The notes under the pieces are model-generated. The model did not search any database. It worked only from the letters and a program-made list of their open reading frames with translations, and was not told the DNA's origin. Both the position numbers and the translations under genes were made by a program. From NCBI RefSeq assembly GCF_030028105.1, contig NC_092379.1, positions 91,313,006 to 91,377,005 of the forward strand: a DNA stretch of 64,000 nucleotides, written 5' to 3'. The stretch's first letter is position 1, and each line of letters begins with the position of its first letter. Below, in pieces: positions 25,901 through 37,899 of the stretch. The stretch is from Mobula birostris. Taxonomy: Eukaryota.

Positions 25901-27130
25901 TTCATGTTGATGTTGATGTCAGATTGCTGACTTATTTAGATTTCATCCAATCCTAAATATTGGATGCTTCCAAGTGTTGAAACCTCAAATCCTATCCTTG
26001 CCTTCAAACGCTGTCTTAACGTTATAAATGTAGTGAAGATTTGGGAATTTTAAAAAACTTGCTTTTATATGGGCCCTTTTCGACGTCAGACGCCCCAAAA
26101 GCCGAAGTACGTTTTAACGTGTACCCAGATTCGTGGGAAATACAGTATCATTCCACGAACACCCACGGGTTAAGAATAACTTGATATTTGGTGTGAGCTG
26201 AGCGTTAGCCAGAGATTTCCAGATAAATCCCTAACCCCTTTCTGTTACGGTCATGCATATCCATTTGACATTAGAGTCAGGTTTAGTTCACTGACATGTG
26301 CCGTGAAATTTGTTGTTTTGTGGTACCATTGTATCGGAAGACATAAAAATACAATGTTACAATAAAAATAAAGACTGCAAAATAGGAATAGTGGGGTAAC
26401 GTTCATGAGTTCATGGATCATTCAGAAATCTGATGGCGGACGGGAAGAAGCTGTCCTTGAAACATTCAGTGGAAGACATAAAATACAAGTGGTAGCGGTG
26501 TTCCGTGTTCTCATTTAATATTTATTGAAAGATGATAATTCCAGTAGTAATGAACTCTCTCCGTTCTACACAGATGTAAGGATTGCCCCCGGGGTTTTAG
26601 TTCATCTTTTGACTTTTCCCACTGAATCTTTATGTTTTCATGAAAGTACGGGAATACTGGGCACACTGCTTGGGGTGGGGCTTAGTATAGAGCCGACTGG
26701 TGGAGATAGGTACTCCCACTAAATTTTTTTGTGTTGTATGTTGATTTGACTCTCTAATTAGGAGTGCATTAACATATTGAATGATTCTAATATGTTTTCC
26801 ATTTGGATACCATGCCAGAGAGAAATGCAATGTACCAAGAGATATAAATTTAGGTGTAGTGATTTAGGTTGTGGATGTGCAAAACCAAAGTAGAGAAACG
26901 AAAGGCAGTGCCGAGGGGACAAAAGTGGGAATGTTTATTTGTTGTTTTACTGCTTGCTTATGTGTTGTATGACATTGAAAATGTAAAAGGACAACTCTAC
27001 CCATAAACGTAGTATATAGACTGAGATGGCGCAAACATGAGGAATTCTGCAGATGCTGGAAATTCAAGCAACACTCATCAAAGTTGCTGGTGAACGCAGC
27101 AGGCCAGGCAGCATCTCTAGGAAGGGGTAC

Positions 27131-27166
27131 AGTCGACATTTCCGGCCGAGACCCTTCGTCAGGACT
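27131..27166 (-). ncRNA. Minimal type I hammerhead ribozyme motif (stem II closing pair mismatched)
   Basis: Minus strand AGTC-CTGACGA-A-GGGT-CTCG-GCCG-GAAA-TGTC-GACT. Confidence 0.55.
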
Positions 27167-27674
27167 AACTGAAGGAAGAGTGAGTAAGAGATTTTAAAGT
27201 GGGAGGGTGAGGGGGAGATCCAAAATGATAGGAGAAGACATGAGGGGGAGGGATGGAGCCAAGAGCTGGACAGGTGATTGGCAAAAGGGATATGAGAGGA
27301 TTATGGGACAGGAGGTCTGGGGAAAAAGACAAGGGGGAGGGGGGGAAAAACCCAGAGTACGGGTTCTAACTTCCACTAATGCCCCACCTCCCCCTCGTAC
27401 CCCATCCATTATTTATATACACACATTCTTTCTCTCACTCTCCTTTTTCTCCCTCTGTCCCTCTGATGATACCCCTTGCCCACCCTCTACGTTTTTCCCC
27501 ACTCCCCCTTTTCCTTCTCCCTGGGCCTCCTGTCCCATGATCCTCTCATATCCCTTTTGCCAATCACCTGTCCAGCACTTGGCTCCATCCCTCCCCCTCC
27601 CGCCTTCTCCTATCATTTTGGATCTCCCCCTCCCCCTCCCACTTCCAGATCTCTTACTAGCTCTTTCTTCAGTT

Positions 27675-27710
27675 AGTCCTGATGAAGGGTCTCGGCCCGA
27701 AATGTCGACT
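27675..27710 (+). ncRNA. Minimal type I hammerhead ribozyme motif
   Basis: AGTC-CTGATGA-A-GGGT-CTCG-GCCC-GAAA-TGTC^GACT: stem I AGTC/GACT, core CUGAUGA..GAAA, stem II GGGU/GCCC, predicted cleavage after GUC (27706). Confidence 0.65.
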
Positions 27711-27825
27711 GTACCTCTTCCTAGAGATGCTGCCTGGCCTGCTGTGTTCACCAGCACTTTGATGTGTGTGGGTAGACTGAGATGGAGTGGAATCAGGTAT
27801 TGTGGTCCTCTGGAACTTTTCAGTG

Positions 27826-29552
27826 CGGTGGGTTCTGGTTAATTGGGACACATCAGGACCAGTACGTTTTGGCCCAATTAAGCAGCTGCCCCAATTAGTG
27901 GAAATTTCATGAAAATAGTTAAGAAGGTACAAAATAGTTAAACTACTGTTTAACTGAGTAACAAATTATTGATTTAAATGAAAGACAAATTAGAACAATA
28001 CCAACGCTGCTACAATATTGTTCTGCCTCTTGAAGCACTGTTCATTTTGTGTGCAGTTCCTTTTGTACAAACATTACTTCCTGCTCGTAAACTCTTTTAT
28101 ACATAATTTCCGGCGCAGCATAATGCGGATTTCAACTTGAAGCACACACCGTAGAAAGACATTGATCTCCATCTACTTGTTATTTGTCTTTGAAACAGCA
28201 ATATCTTTTTTCACAAAATGTTCTCATTTAAAAACCCTGAAGAAAGCTTCCAGCTCGCAGGATTTTTGAGGTGTTTAACTCCCTGCCTAGCTTTCTACTG
28301 CGAGGGCAGTGGAAGTACTATAAAACAGTGTATTTCTAACAGTTATCAACAGAGGAATTCATCCTGTATATGGGATATTGAGGGAGAGAGGGCACCTCGG
28401 GTGAATGGGCTTGTGCTCCAAGCTTGCTCACTCACCTTTGACCCCCAGCGGACACTCAGCTCACACCTATGGCTCCAAGTAGCTGTTAGTTTGCGACGGC
28501 AAAGCCGGTACACTGCTTTGACTGGCAGGGTAGCTGACGGGCCTCGTAACCTGGTGATACAGGGACATGGTGGCATGTGAAGCCAGCTCTGGTGGACTGG
28601 GCAAGTGAGATCTGATGGCCAAGAAGGTAGTTTGGCAATGCTTTGTGGAGAGCAAAGGGCATGATAGGGTACACAAGAAGTCATCGTTATCCACTGCAAC
28701 CAAGGAAGACTGCAGTTTGTGATGACTACTCGTATCACTGCACTCTGACTGTAGTTTGTGACGACGACTCGTATCACTGGACTCTGACTGCAGTTTGTGA
28801 CGACGACTCGTATCACTGGACTCAGACTGCAGTTTGTGATGACAACTCGTATCACTGGACTCAGACTGCAGTTGTGATGACGACTCGTATCACTGGACTC
28901 AGTCTGAAACTGTCCCAGTTTAATGGCTTTTCTACTTTAAAAACTCTCCCACACAGGTTTCATTGTCATCGTCCGGTGAGGCGTTCAACGAATACGCTGC
29001 TGTGTTCTTTTGATTGACTGCAAATGAACAAAACTAGAGCAGATACCTAGTGCAGATAATGGACCATCCTTTATACAATGCTTTTTGATGATTACATCCT
29101 CCAAATCTTCATTTTCATTGTAACATTCAATATGATTGTCGATCCCTTCAAATTCTTTGTTGTCCTAACTTGTTGAAGTAGTGAAATGGTTTTTGGCATC
29201 CCCAAGCCTGCTTACTTGAAACAGCAGTGAGCAAAACAGATCTGAATTGTTTTACTGCTTATTTCTCGCCAACTGTCGGTGACAAAAATGACTGCTTTTT
29301 GAATGCAAACACGTGCAATTAATGCTATTTAAAAACTGTTTGTTCTGAGCACAGTATAATGTATGGCCATACAAGTTCACACGACTTAAGCTAGTTAGAA
29401 ACTGTTTAGCAATATACTCCTGCCTTAACAGCATAGTGTCCCAAATAAACTAAGGGAATACCAGTTACTTTCTCGATTAGATTTGTTTTAAAGTTTTCTC
29501 AAATAAGCGACTGCTCCGATGAACTGATGGACCAATTAACCAGAATCCACTG
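27826..29552. mobile_element. Tigger/pogo-like non-autonomous DNA transposon carrying internal insertions
   Basis: Imperfect TIRs CGGTGGGTTCTGGTTAATTGG (27826) and CCAATTAACCAGAATCCACTG (ends 29552); TA on the right, TG on the left. Confidence 0.7.
28708..28901. repeat. Minisatellite, five ~39-bp units
   Basis: GACTGCAGTTTGTGA(C/T)GACGACTCGTATCACTGGACTC(A/T) x5, no spacers; last unit lacks 1 nt. Confidence 0.95.
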
Positions 29553-30335
29553 TATATAATTGTACATGTTGATATTATGAAGGCGGGGTCAATAATTGGC
29601 TTTGAATCTTGAAACATCTCAAGGCTTTGTGGAAGTTTCTGGACATTGGGGCGGGGGGGTAGATTCGGTTTAGTCTAAAACCATATAGTTAGCATGTCTA
29701 GCTATATTATTGCTGTGTATTTATTGAAAGATTATATGTAATTGCTGTTAAAATTAATGTCCTAACCAAGAAAGGATAGATCTGTTTTTTTTTTAACTGT
29801 AGACTGTAGTGGCCATGCAGATAAAACTAAAGGCTAGCTATAATTACAGCTTTCTGAAGCCTAGATTAGATCAATTTTGAATCCTGTGAATTGAAGAGAA
29901 TATATCCTGCACACATTTTCTCTACATTTTCACTTAGATTTGCTTTTTTTCTCTGTTTCTAGATCACAAGATTATGGGAGAGGTGACCCTTCATCCAGCA
30001 TGATTTGCTATTCTCATCCTTATGGCCAGCAGTGATTATTTGAGTACTTTGACAGCAACTGAAAAATATCACACCAATACAAATATGAAAATAGTGTTCT
30101 AAAATTTAAGGAATGGTCAGAAGTTTAGTAGCCTAACTGAAGTCGGAGTGAGCCAGTTTACCCTATTACTCACTTCACTTTTGGAATGCAGTACCAACAA
30201 ATGGTTTTGATTTGGATCTCTCTTCTAGTTGGATAACAATAGTTTCAATTCATCTGTGTAGATACACACAGCAGAAAACGTTCATTATAGCTGAAAAGCA
30301 AAAGTGAAAAACAAATCAGTAAAATAATTTTGAGC

Positions 30336-30534
30336 ATGCGTTTCCAAATCTGTGTGTTTCTGGGAGTTATTTTGAGGAGCTGTGGGTGCCGTTCCGAAGA
30401 TGCAGACTTCAAAGATTGGCGGGGGAAGCTGAAAACAATTCGGAATGGAATTCATAAGATTGACACATATCTGAATGCAGCACTGGATTTACTTGGCGGG
30501 GAGGATGGGCTCTGTAGGTACAAATGCAGTGATG
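30336..30534 (+). CDS. PLA2G12A: Group XIIA secreted phospholipase A2(-like), coding exon 1
   Basis: MRFQICVFLGVILRSCGC (signal-like) then DWRGKLKTIRNGIHKIDTYLNAALDLLGGEDGLCRYKCSD(G)|gtgagt; 199 nt. Confidence 0.95.
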
Positions 30535-31364
30535 GTGAGTAAAATGATCAGTAGTCAATTTTGCCATTCAATAAAAGCATACATAGTTATAAAGTTAAAA
30601 TATGACTCATTGGATTGGGGGACTCGTGTCATAGTCATCATGAATAACATTTCCTTCTTTACACTATTCCCAAGATATATTTTATCTGCTTGTCTCGTGA
30701 AGTTGATGACCTGGAATAATTTATTGAATATATGCACATTCTTGTGACCTTATAAGAGGTCGTGTTTAACTACTTTGGTTAGTGAAGTGATTATCTGTCT
30801 TTGTGAGGTAACAAAATTGAGCTCTAAACTATTCTAACTTGTTGAACAAGATTTTTTTTTGATGGGGAATTCTGATAGCCAAAATAAACCTGTGGTTGAT
30901 GACTGTCCTTTCTAAACAGTGATCACCATGGTGGTGATGCAGTTCTAGTACTGAGATTAGCTAATTTGAACCGGTGATCCTGGTAAATGCAGTACATTAC
31001 CATATATTGCAGTGTTTTTACAAAGCTGGCAACCAAAGTGTGGCTATTACTTAAAGAATTTTGAAATGGTTCAGTCCGATTTTTTTTTTAATGATTACGT
31101 ACCATTCTAGTTTGATTGAAAATTGCTTTAATTATGTCTGCTGATCAAAGTATTTTCTGGTGAATTTGGATTCTGTGCCGTAGGTTGTTGTTTGCTATAC
31201 TTTGTTCCATGTGGGCCTTGTATCTTGCAGAATTCTTAAATCTTGTTCTTTCTAATATCACAATATAACATGAATTTTATCATTACGTCTCTTAATTATG
31301 GGAATAATGAATAGGGAACATGAATAATAAAATCATAGCAGAGGACTATTAGGGATATTTTTCT

Positions 31365-33110
31365 TAGAGTCACAGAAAAATACAGCACAGAAACAGGCCC
31401 ATCGGCACATTTAGTCCATGCTGAACCATTTGAACTGCCTAGACCCATCGACCTGCACCCAAACCATAGCCCTCCATACCCCTACCATCCTTGTACCTAT
31501 CCATGCATGTACCACTTGCGATGGCAGCTCGTTCCACATTCTCAAGATCCTCTGAATAAAGAAGATTCACCTCCTAACTCCTTAAACTTCTCACTTTTCA
31601 CCCTTAACCTATAATCTCTAGTTGTAGTACCACCCAACCTCAGTGGAAAAAACCTGCTTGCATTTACGTTATTTATACCCCTCAAAATGTATACCTCTAT
31701 CAAATCTTCCCTCAGTCTTCTACGTTCCAAGTAATTAAAGTCTTAACCTATTCAATCTTTCCTTGTAACTCAGGTCTTGCAGTCCTGGTAACATCATTGT
31801 AAATATTCTCTGTACTCTTTCAATGTTATTTACATCTTTCCTGTAGGTAGGTGACCAAATCAGCACAGGTACTCCAAATTAAGCCCTAGCAATGTCTTGT
31901 ACAACTTCAACATAACATCGCATTTCCTGTACTCAGTACTTTGATTTATAAAGGCCAATGTGCCAAAAGCTTTCTTTACGACCCTGTTTTCCTGTGCAGT
32001 CACTTTCAATGAATTATGGACCTGTATTCCCAGATCCCTTTGTCTTACCACACTCCTCAGTGCCCTAGTGTTCACTGTGTAAAACCTACATCTGGCTGGT
32101 CCTACCAAAGTGCAGCACCTCACACTTGTCTGCATTAAATTCCATCTGCCATTTTTCAGCCCATTTTTCCAGCTGGTCCAGATCCCGCTGCAAGCTCTGA
32201 TAGTCTTCCTCACTGTCAACTACACCCCCAGTCTTGGTGTCATCCACAAATTTGCTGATTCTGTTAACTGCATTATCATCCAGATCATTGATATAAATGA
32301 CAAACAGAATAGACCTAGCAGGGATCAGTGCTAGGTCTATTCTGTTTGTCATTTATATCAATGCTCCCATGCTGGACCTTGTCAAATGCCTTGCTAAAGT
32401 ATGTGTAGACAGCATCCACTGCCTTGCCTTCATCAACTTTCCTGGTAACTTCCTCAAAAAACTATAAGATTGGTTAGACATGACCTACCATGCACAAAGC
32501 CATGCCAACTATCCCTAATCAGTCTATGTCTATCCAAATACACCCTTACACATCCAGTCCCTCAGAATACCTTCTAAATTCTTTCCCACCACTGATATAA
32601 GCTCACCAGCTTATAATTTCCTGTTTTATTTTTAGAGCTTTTCTCAAATAGCAGAACAACATTATATCCTCTAATCCTCTGGTACCTCACCTGTCGCTAA
32701 AGATGCTTTAAATTTCTCTGCCAGGGCCCCTGCAATTTCTGCACCTGCCCCTCACAGGGTCTGAGGGAACACTTTGTCAGGCTCCGGAGATTTATCCATC
32801 CTAATTTTCCTCAAGATAGCCAACACCTCTTCCTCTGTAGTCGGTATAGGGTCAATGACTTTGCTGTTGCTTTGCCTCACTGTGCCTGTCTCCTGAGGAT
32901 TAATTTTGTCACTTGTAATTCTTTTGCTCTTAGCATATCTGTAGAATCCCTTAGAATTCTCTTTCAGCTCGTCTGCTAAGGCAACCTCGTGTCTTTTAGC
33001 CTTACTGATTTCTTTCTTAAGTGTTCTCTTGCATTTCTTACACTCCTGAAGTACCTCATTTTGTTCCTACCTGCCTATACCAGCTATGCACCTCCTTTTT
33101 TTTCTTAATC
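31365..33110 (-). mobile_element. CR1 LINE fragment with 3' tail
   Basis: 'LFVIYINDLD..ISKFVDDTK..LQRDLDQLEKWAEKWQMEFNADKC', 'MERRRLREDLIEVY'. Confidence 0.9.
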
Positions 33111-33194
33111 TCTCTTCAATTTTGAACAGCTAATGACATTAGTATTTTTGATAATGGTTGAAAATGATTTGATTACTATAAACATCTTTTTCAG

Positions 33195-33271
33195 GATCCA
33201 AGCCAGTTCCTCGTTATGGTTATAAGCCTCCTCCACCCAATGGATGTGGCTCTCCTATGTTTGGAGTTCAT
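33195..33271 (+). CDS. PLA2G12A: PLA2G12A(-like) coding exon 2 (Ca2+-binding loop region)
   Basis: ctttttcag|(G)SKPVPRYGYKPPPPNGCGSPMFGVH|gtaagg; 77 nt; phases fit. Confidence 0.96.
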
Positions 33272-33814
33272 GTAAGGAATGTTGTATTTTTCCCAAGTTT
33301 ATTTCAGTTCAGTTACAAATATTAAAAGTATTCAAAGTTCAAAATAAATTTATTATCGAAGTACATATATGTCACCATATACAACCCCGAGATTGATTCT
33401 CCTGAGGGCTTCAAAAACTATACAAATTAGTGGAACAGATGGAGACTTTTTTGTGCCAATGACATATAAGCTAGTTGCAAAACTATATAAACAATATTCT
33501 TTGTACAGTTTTAAAAAGCAATATGATGCTGAAAGTCAAGATTGTAATTTTCATTTGTCCCTTGAGCCCTTATTTCTCAGTATTACTAGCAATCATCATT
33601 TATTACACATACTAAACTTGTAGAAACTGCACCACATGATTTATGAGAAGGAAAATAAAATCATATTTATCTTTTCATTTTGAAATAGCTGAAGCAAGAA
33701 AAGAGCGAAAAGAAATTTCCATTTTCTTTCTGTTGTTATAATATAAGCTTCTGGGCTACCCACCAAAAGATTGAATTGTTAAAACAATTTTGCATTTCTA
33801 ATAGTGTGACTAGT

Positions 33815-34505
33815 TGGCCGGTGGCATAGTGGCATCAGCACCGGACTTTTTTGTAAATTACTTTATTTTCAAAATTTTCAAAAAAAAACAATGAGATCAG
33901 CAAAAACATACCAGCTCAGACATGTACAAAAAAGAAATAAGCAAAAAAAAAGACATAACATTAGGGGAATGCCTATTGTACAAAATGCTCAAAAATACTA
34001 AACATTAAATCTCAAATGAGGGCCATGAGAAATCATCTGGGGGGGAAATTGCTTATCCGCCCCCGGCCTCGTCCAGGTAGGCAAGAAATGGATCCCAGAT
34101 AGCCAAAAATTTTTTAATTGAATTGGTTCTCAAGAACCGAAGTTTCTCCATCTGTATGACTGAGATCATATCAGCCATCCATCTCCGAGAGGAAGGGGGA
34201 GAGGGTGATTTCCATTCCATCAAGATAAGTCTTTTGGCAGCAATCATCTCCACCATAAGAGGCTGTTGTATGGCTGCAGGGAAACAAATAGATTGCGAGC
34301 AGCCAAATATAGATCAGCAGTGGACTTTGAGGAGAGTGGCTCTGGGTTCGAATCCGGCCAGCTCCTTGCATGCTTTCCATCCATGCTGGGTTGAACATTG
34401 AGTTAGCAAGTCAGCCTTGTTAAAAAAAAAACAGACCAAAATGCTAAAGAATCTGCAAGGTTGCAGCCTGATGCACTTCAAGGTGCGGAAAGGAACAGCA
34501 ACAAT
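33815..34505 (+). mobile_element. tRNA-derived SINE split by an L1-like insertion
   Basis: A box TGGCATAGTGG (33822-33832); B box GGTTCGAATCC (~34345-34355); tail aacagcaaca. Confidence 0.7.
33850..34312 (-). mobile_element. L1-like LINE 3' fragment
   Basis: 'AAKRLILMEWKSPSPPSSRRW..MEKLRF..FLAIWDPFLAYL' L1 ORF2 C-terminus; AATAAA and short poly(A); 16-bp TSD with 2 mismatches. Confidence 0.85.
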
Positions 34506-34929
34506 CACAATAGTGTGACTTGTTTAGCCCAGTCCAATCAGCAAATAATTGTTAACCAATTCTTGTAATTGCTGCCTTTCTTAAGCCAATCCTTGCCTTA
34601 TTTTATATGTGCCAAACAGCCTACAAAATTATCAATTGTTTCTGTTTTACTTTGTCCATCAACGTTGCTTCTTAGTTCTGCTGGCTCCATGTTTTCTTAC
34701 TGTGCCATATTTAAAATCATCTTATCTGTTAGTTCTGTAACCTCACATGAACCTTTCCCAGTCCTGTTTCATGTACTGCTATCCATCAGTTCCAGCTAGC
34801 TTTATCTCCACTCACTGTATTCTTCTTTTTAGCTGTGATGGTCCTCTTTGGTGTGCCCTAAATAAATCAATTTACTTTGCTACTTTCCTAAACTTTCAGA
34901 AACCTTCTCAAATATATTTTAAAACTGCG

Positions 34930-36382
34930 AAAAATTTTGCAGATGCTGGAAAACCAAAGCAATGCTCACATAATGCTGGAGGAACTCTGCACATCAAGCA
35001 GCATCTATGGAAATGAATGCTGATGTTTCAGGCTGAGGCTTTCTTTGGGATGAGAACGAAAGGGGGAAGACATCTGAATAAATACATGGGGGCAGGGAAA
35101 GGAGAACAGCTAGAAGGTGATAGGTGAAGCCGGGTGGGTAGGAAAGGTAAAGGGCTGGAGAGGAAGGAATCTGATAGGAGAGGTGAGTGGACCGTAGGAG
35201 AAAGGGGAAGAGGGGGGTACCCAGGAGGAGGTGATGAGCAGGTGAGAGAGGTAAAAGGCCAGAGTGGGCAGTACAAAAAGAGGAGAGTGGGAGGGTATGT
35301 ATATAGCGGAAGGAGAAATAGATATTCATGCCATCAAGTTGGAGGCTACCCGGACAGAATATAACGTGTTGCTTCTGTACCATGAGGGTGGCCTCATTGT
35401 GGCCCAAGAGGAGGTCACGGACCACCATGTTGAAATGGAATGAGAATTGGAATTAAAATGCTTGGCTACTGGAGAGTTCCGCTTTTGGCGGATGGGGCGG
35501 AGGTGCCTGACAAAGCGGTCACCCCAATTTACGAGAGGTCTCACCTATGTAGAGGAGGCTGCATCGGGAGCACCAGATACAGTAAATGGCCTCAGCAGAT
35601 TTTCAGGATAAGTGTTGCCTCACCTGGAGACCCTGAATGGAGGTGAGGGAGGAGGTGAATGGGCAGGTGAAACACCTAAGCCACTTGCAGGGACAATTGA
35701 CAGGAAGATTAGTGAGGAGGGAAGAATGGACAAGGGAATCACAGAAGAACTGACCCCTGCAGAAAGCAGAGAGAGGGGGAGGAAGTAAAGATATTTTTGG
35801 TATTGGGGTCCATTTGGGGATGGTGGAAGTTGCAAAGAATGATGTGTATGCAGAGGCTCATGGGGTGATAGCTAAGGAAGAGAGGAAACTATCCTTGTTA
35901 CAGCTGCGGGAGGATGGGTTGAGTGTGGATGTTCAAGATATGGAGATGCGGGTGAGGGCAGCGTCAATGGTGGAGGAAGGGAAACCCTGTTCTTTGAAGG
36001 AGGACATCTCTGATGTCCTGGAAAGGAAGGCTACATCCAGAAAACAGATGTAGCGGAGATGATGGAACTGAGAAAAGGAAATAGCATTTTTACAGGAGAT
36101 GGGCTGAGAAGAGGTATAGTCAAGATAACTGTGGGGAATCAGTAGGTTTATAAAAGATGTCAGTTGACACTTTGTCTCCAGGGATGGGGACAGAAAGGGG
36201 AGACAGGAGTCAGAAATGGACCAAGTTAATATAAGGGCAGGGTGGAAGTCAGAGACAATGTTGATGAAATTGACAAACTGAGCATAGATGCATGAAGCAG
36301 CACCAATGCAGTTGTCGATGTAATGGAGGAAGAATTGGGGAGCATTACCAGGGAAGGCTTGGAACATGAACTGTTCCACGTT
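34930..36382 (-). mobile_element. Penelope-like retroelement fragment (RT, GIY-YIG region, terminal repeat)
   Basis: 'FLHYIDNCIG..DFHPALILTWSISDSCLPFL', 'YLDYTSSQPISCKNAISFSQF', 'GDRFVRHLR..PVAKHFNS'. Confidence 0.8.
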
Positions 36383-37584
36383 GCATTTCTGTGTTTTTAG
36401 ATAACACCAAGTTATTTCCTTTCCAGCTGATTCCATTCTTCCCCTTGAAACACATCTTGGCTTTTTTATTGTTTGAAGATGTTTGATAAATGTAAATTAT
36501 GGTTAAGGAGGATTACTGTTCAAAGGTTCAATCAAATTATCAAGGGAATCTCTTTCCTCACAGTAAACAATAAGGAACTGGGGAAGGAGCCAAACAGCTG
36601 GAAACAATATCATTTAGATGATGACCAAAGAGGGTGTTGGGAGTCACCCAATCTGTGATGTGGAAACAAAAAAGGAAAAAAGCACGGCAGAAGACCTGTA
36701 GGCAAAAAAAACTAAGGGAAGACTCCAGGAAGGATACCAATATTGCATGTACAGCATATCCTTAGCTCATTCATTGTAAGAAGTTCTCTTAATGACCTTC
36801 TGTTTAAAAATGCATTATCTTCAGCCATGAATATTGGAAAACCTCAGATTTGTTTATAAGCTATTGGTTTTTATACATTTGAATCTGAAGCTTTTGGAAG
36901 GAGATCAGCCAGGCTTCTAGTTCCTGTCTGCCTTGAAGTATCTGTATAAAAAAGAGAATATGATTTGAGCTTGAGTTTATGACTGAATAAGCATGGCTGA
37001 GTTTATACATAAAGAACTGCCACTTGAGAGACATGCTGAATCATAGCTTGTGTCCATACAACTAGACCCCAACAAGCAGCTCCTGAAAGGATGAGAAGTG
37101 GAAAAAAATTGTCACATATCTCTTTGTATCAATTGCCTTTGCCCTTTGTGTTCTAATCACATATTACTTTTTTAATCATGCAGTTTCAATTATTGTGATA
37201 ATGATCAATACTGCTATTCTATTTCAAGCAATATACTTAATTCCCAACAGGCACATAAGGGTGATGAAGACTTCAGATTTCTTCTTCTGTATTACATTTT
37301 ACCTTTAGTTTGGGCAGCAAATAATAATCAATAGAGAATAATATTGATTATTACTCTCTCTCAGTAACTGCTCCAGGCATCCAACAAAATTTACATAGGC
37401 TGATATGTATTGTCTTTTCCAAATTGTCCATCTGTTTTAGTACCCCTGAACTCTGTCATAAATGGTTATGTCCTCCCTCTTTTACAGAAAGGATTCTTAC
37501 ATTTGATCTTGTTACTCAAAGAGTTTTAGTTTTGCCATTCAATCCAATTTCTTTTTTCAAGCTCCACTTGGAGTTTCGGAGTCA

Positions 37585-37880
37585 GAGAGATGTACAGGTC
37601 CTATTCGCCTTCGTGTCTCTTTTGGCCATCAAATACCCATCTATACTCATTTTCCAGCAGGTGGCCTTCTTTGCCTGGTGATTAGAGTGCTTGTCTAAAT
37701 TCATAAATCTACTACGAGTCTTCTGCCTTTTCCATCTACCCAGTTCTTTTCAACTACCACATGGGTGAAAAGGTTCCTTCTAAACCTTCTAATCCCTTGT
37801 CATAAATGTTTGCCCTACAGTTGTAGATACCACTGCTGTGGATACAAAATTCTTGCTATCCATCCTACTTATGCCACTCA
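37585..37880 (-). mobile_element. Old CR1 3' fragment
   Basis: 'VYKVMSGISRMDSKN' in ORF 37789-38064; CR1-like tail. Confidence 0.55.
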
Positions 37881-37899
37881 TTACTTTGTATACAGCATT

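Larger units (their letters stand above)
27030..27772. mobile_element. Penelope-like foldback insertion with inverted terminal-repeat arms
   Basis: Arms ~27070-27345 and ~27495-27770 are reverse complements; perfect 13-bp direct repeat TAGACTGAGATGG at 27017-27029 and 27773-27785. Confidence 0.85.

Noticed and set aside
27207-27842. 211-aa ORF and mirror ORFs as proteins
   Set aside because: They arise from the low-complexity inverted repeat; the same peptide appears on both strands.
28708-28901. CRISPR-like array
   Set aside because: Units are directly adjacent with no unique spacers, no cas genes, and the context is vertebrate; it is a minisatellite.
28346-29017. Repetitive ORFs (VIRVVVTNCSQSP / TAVCDDDSYHW)
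   Set aside because: Products of the 39-bp tandem repeat; no splice or homology support.
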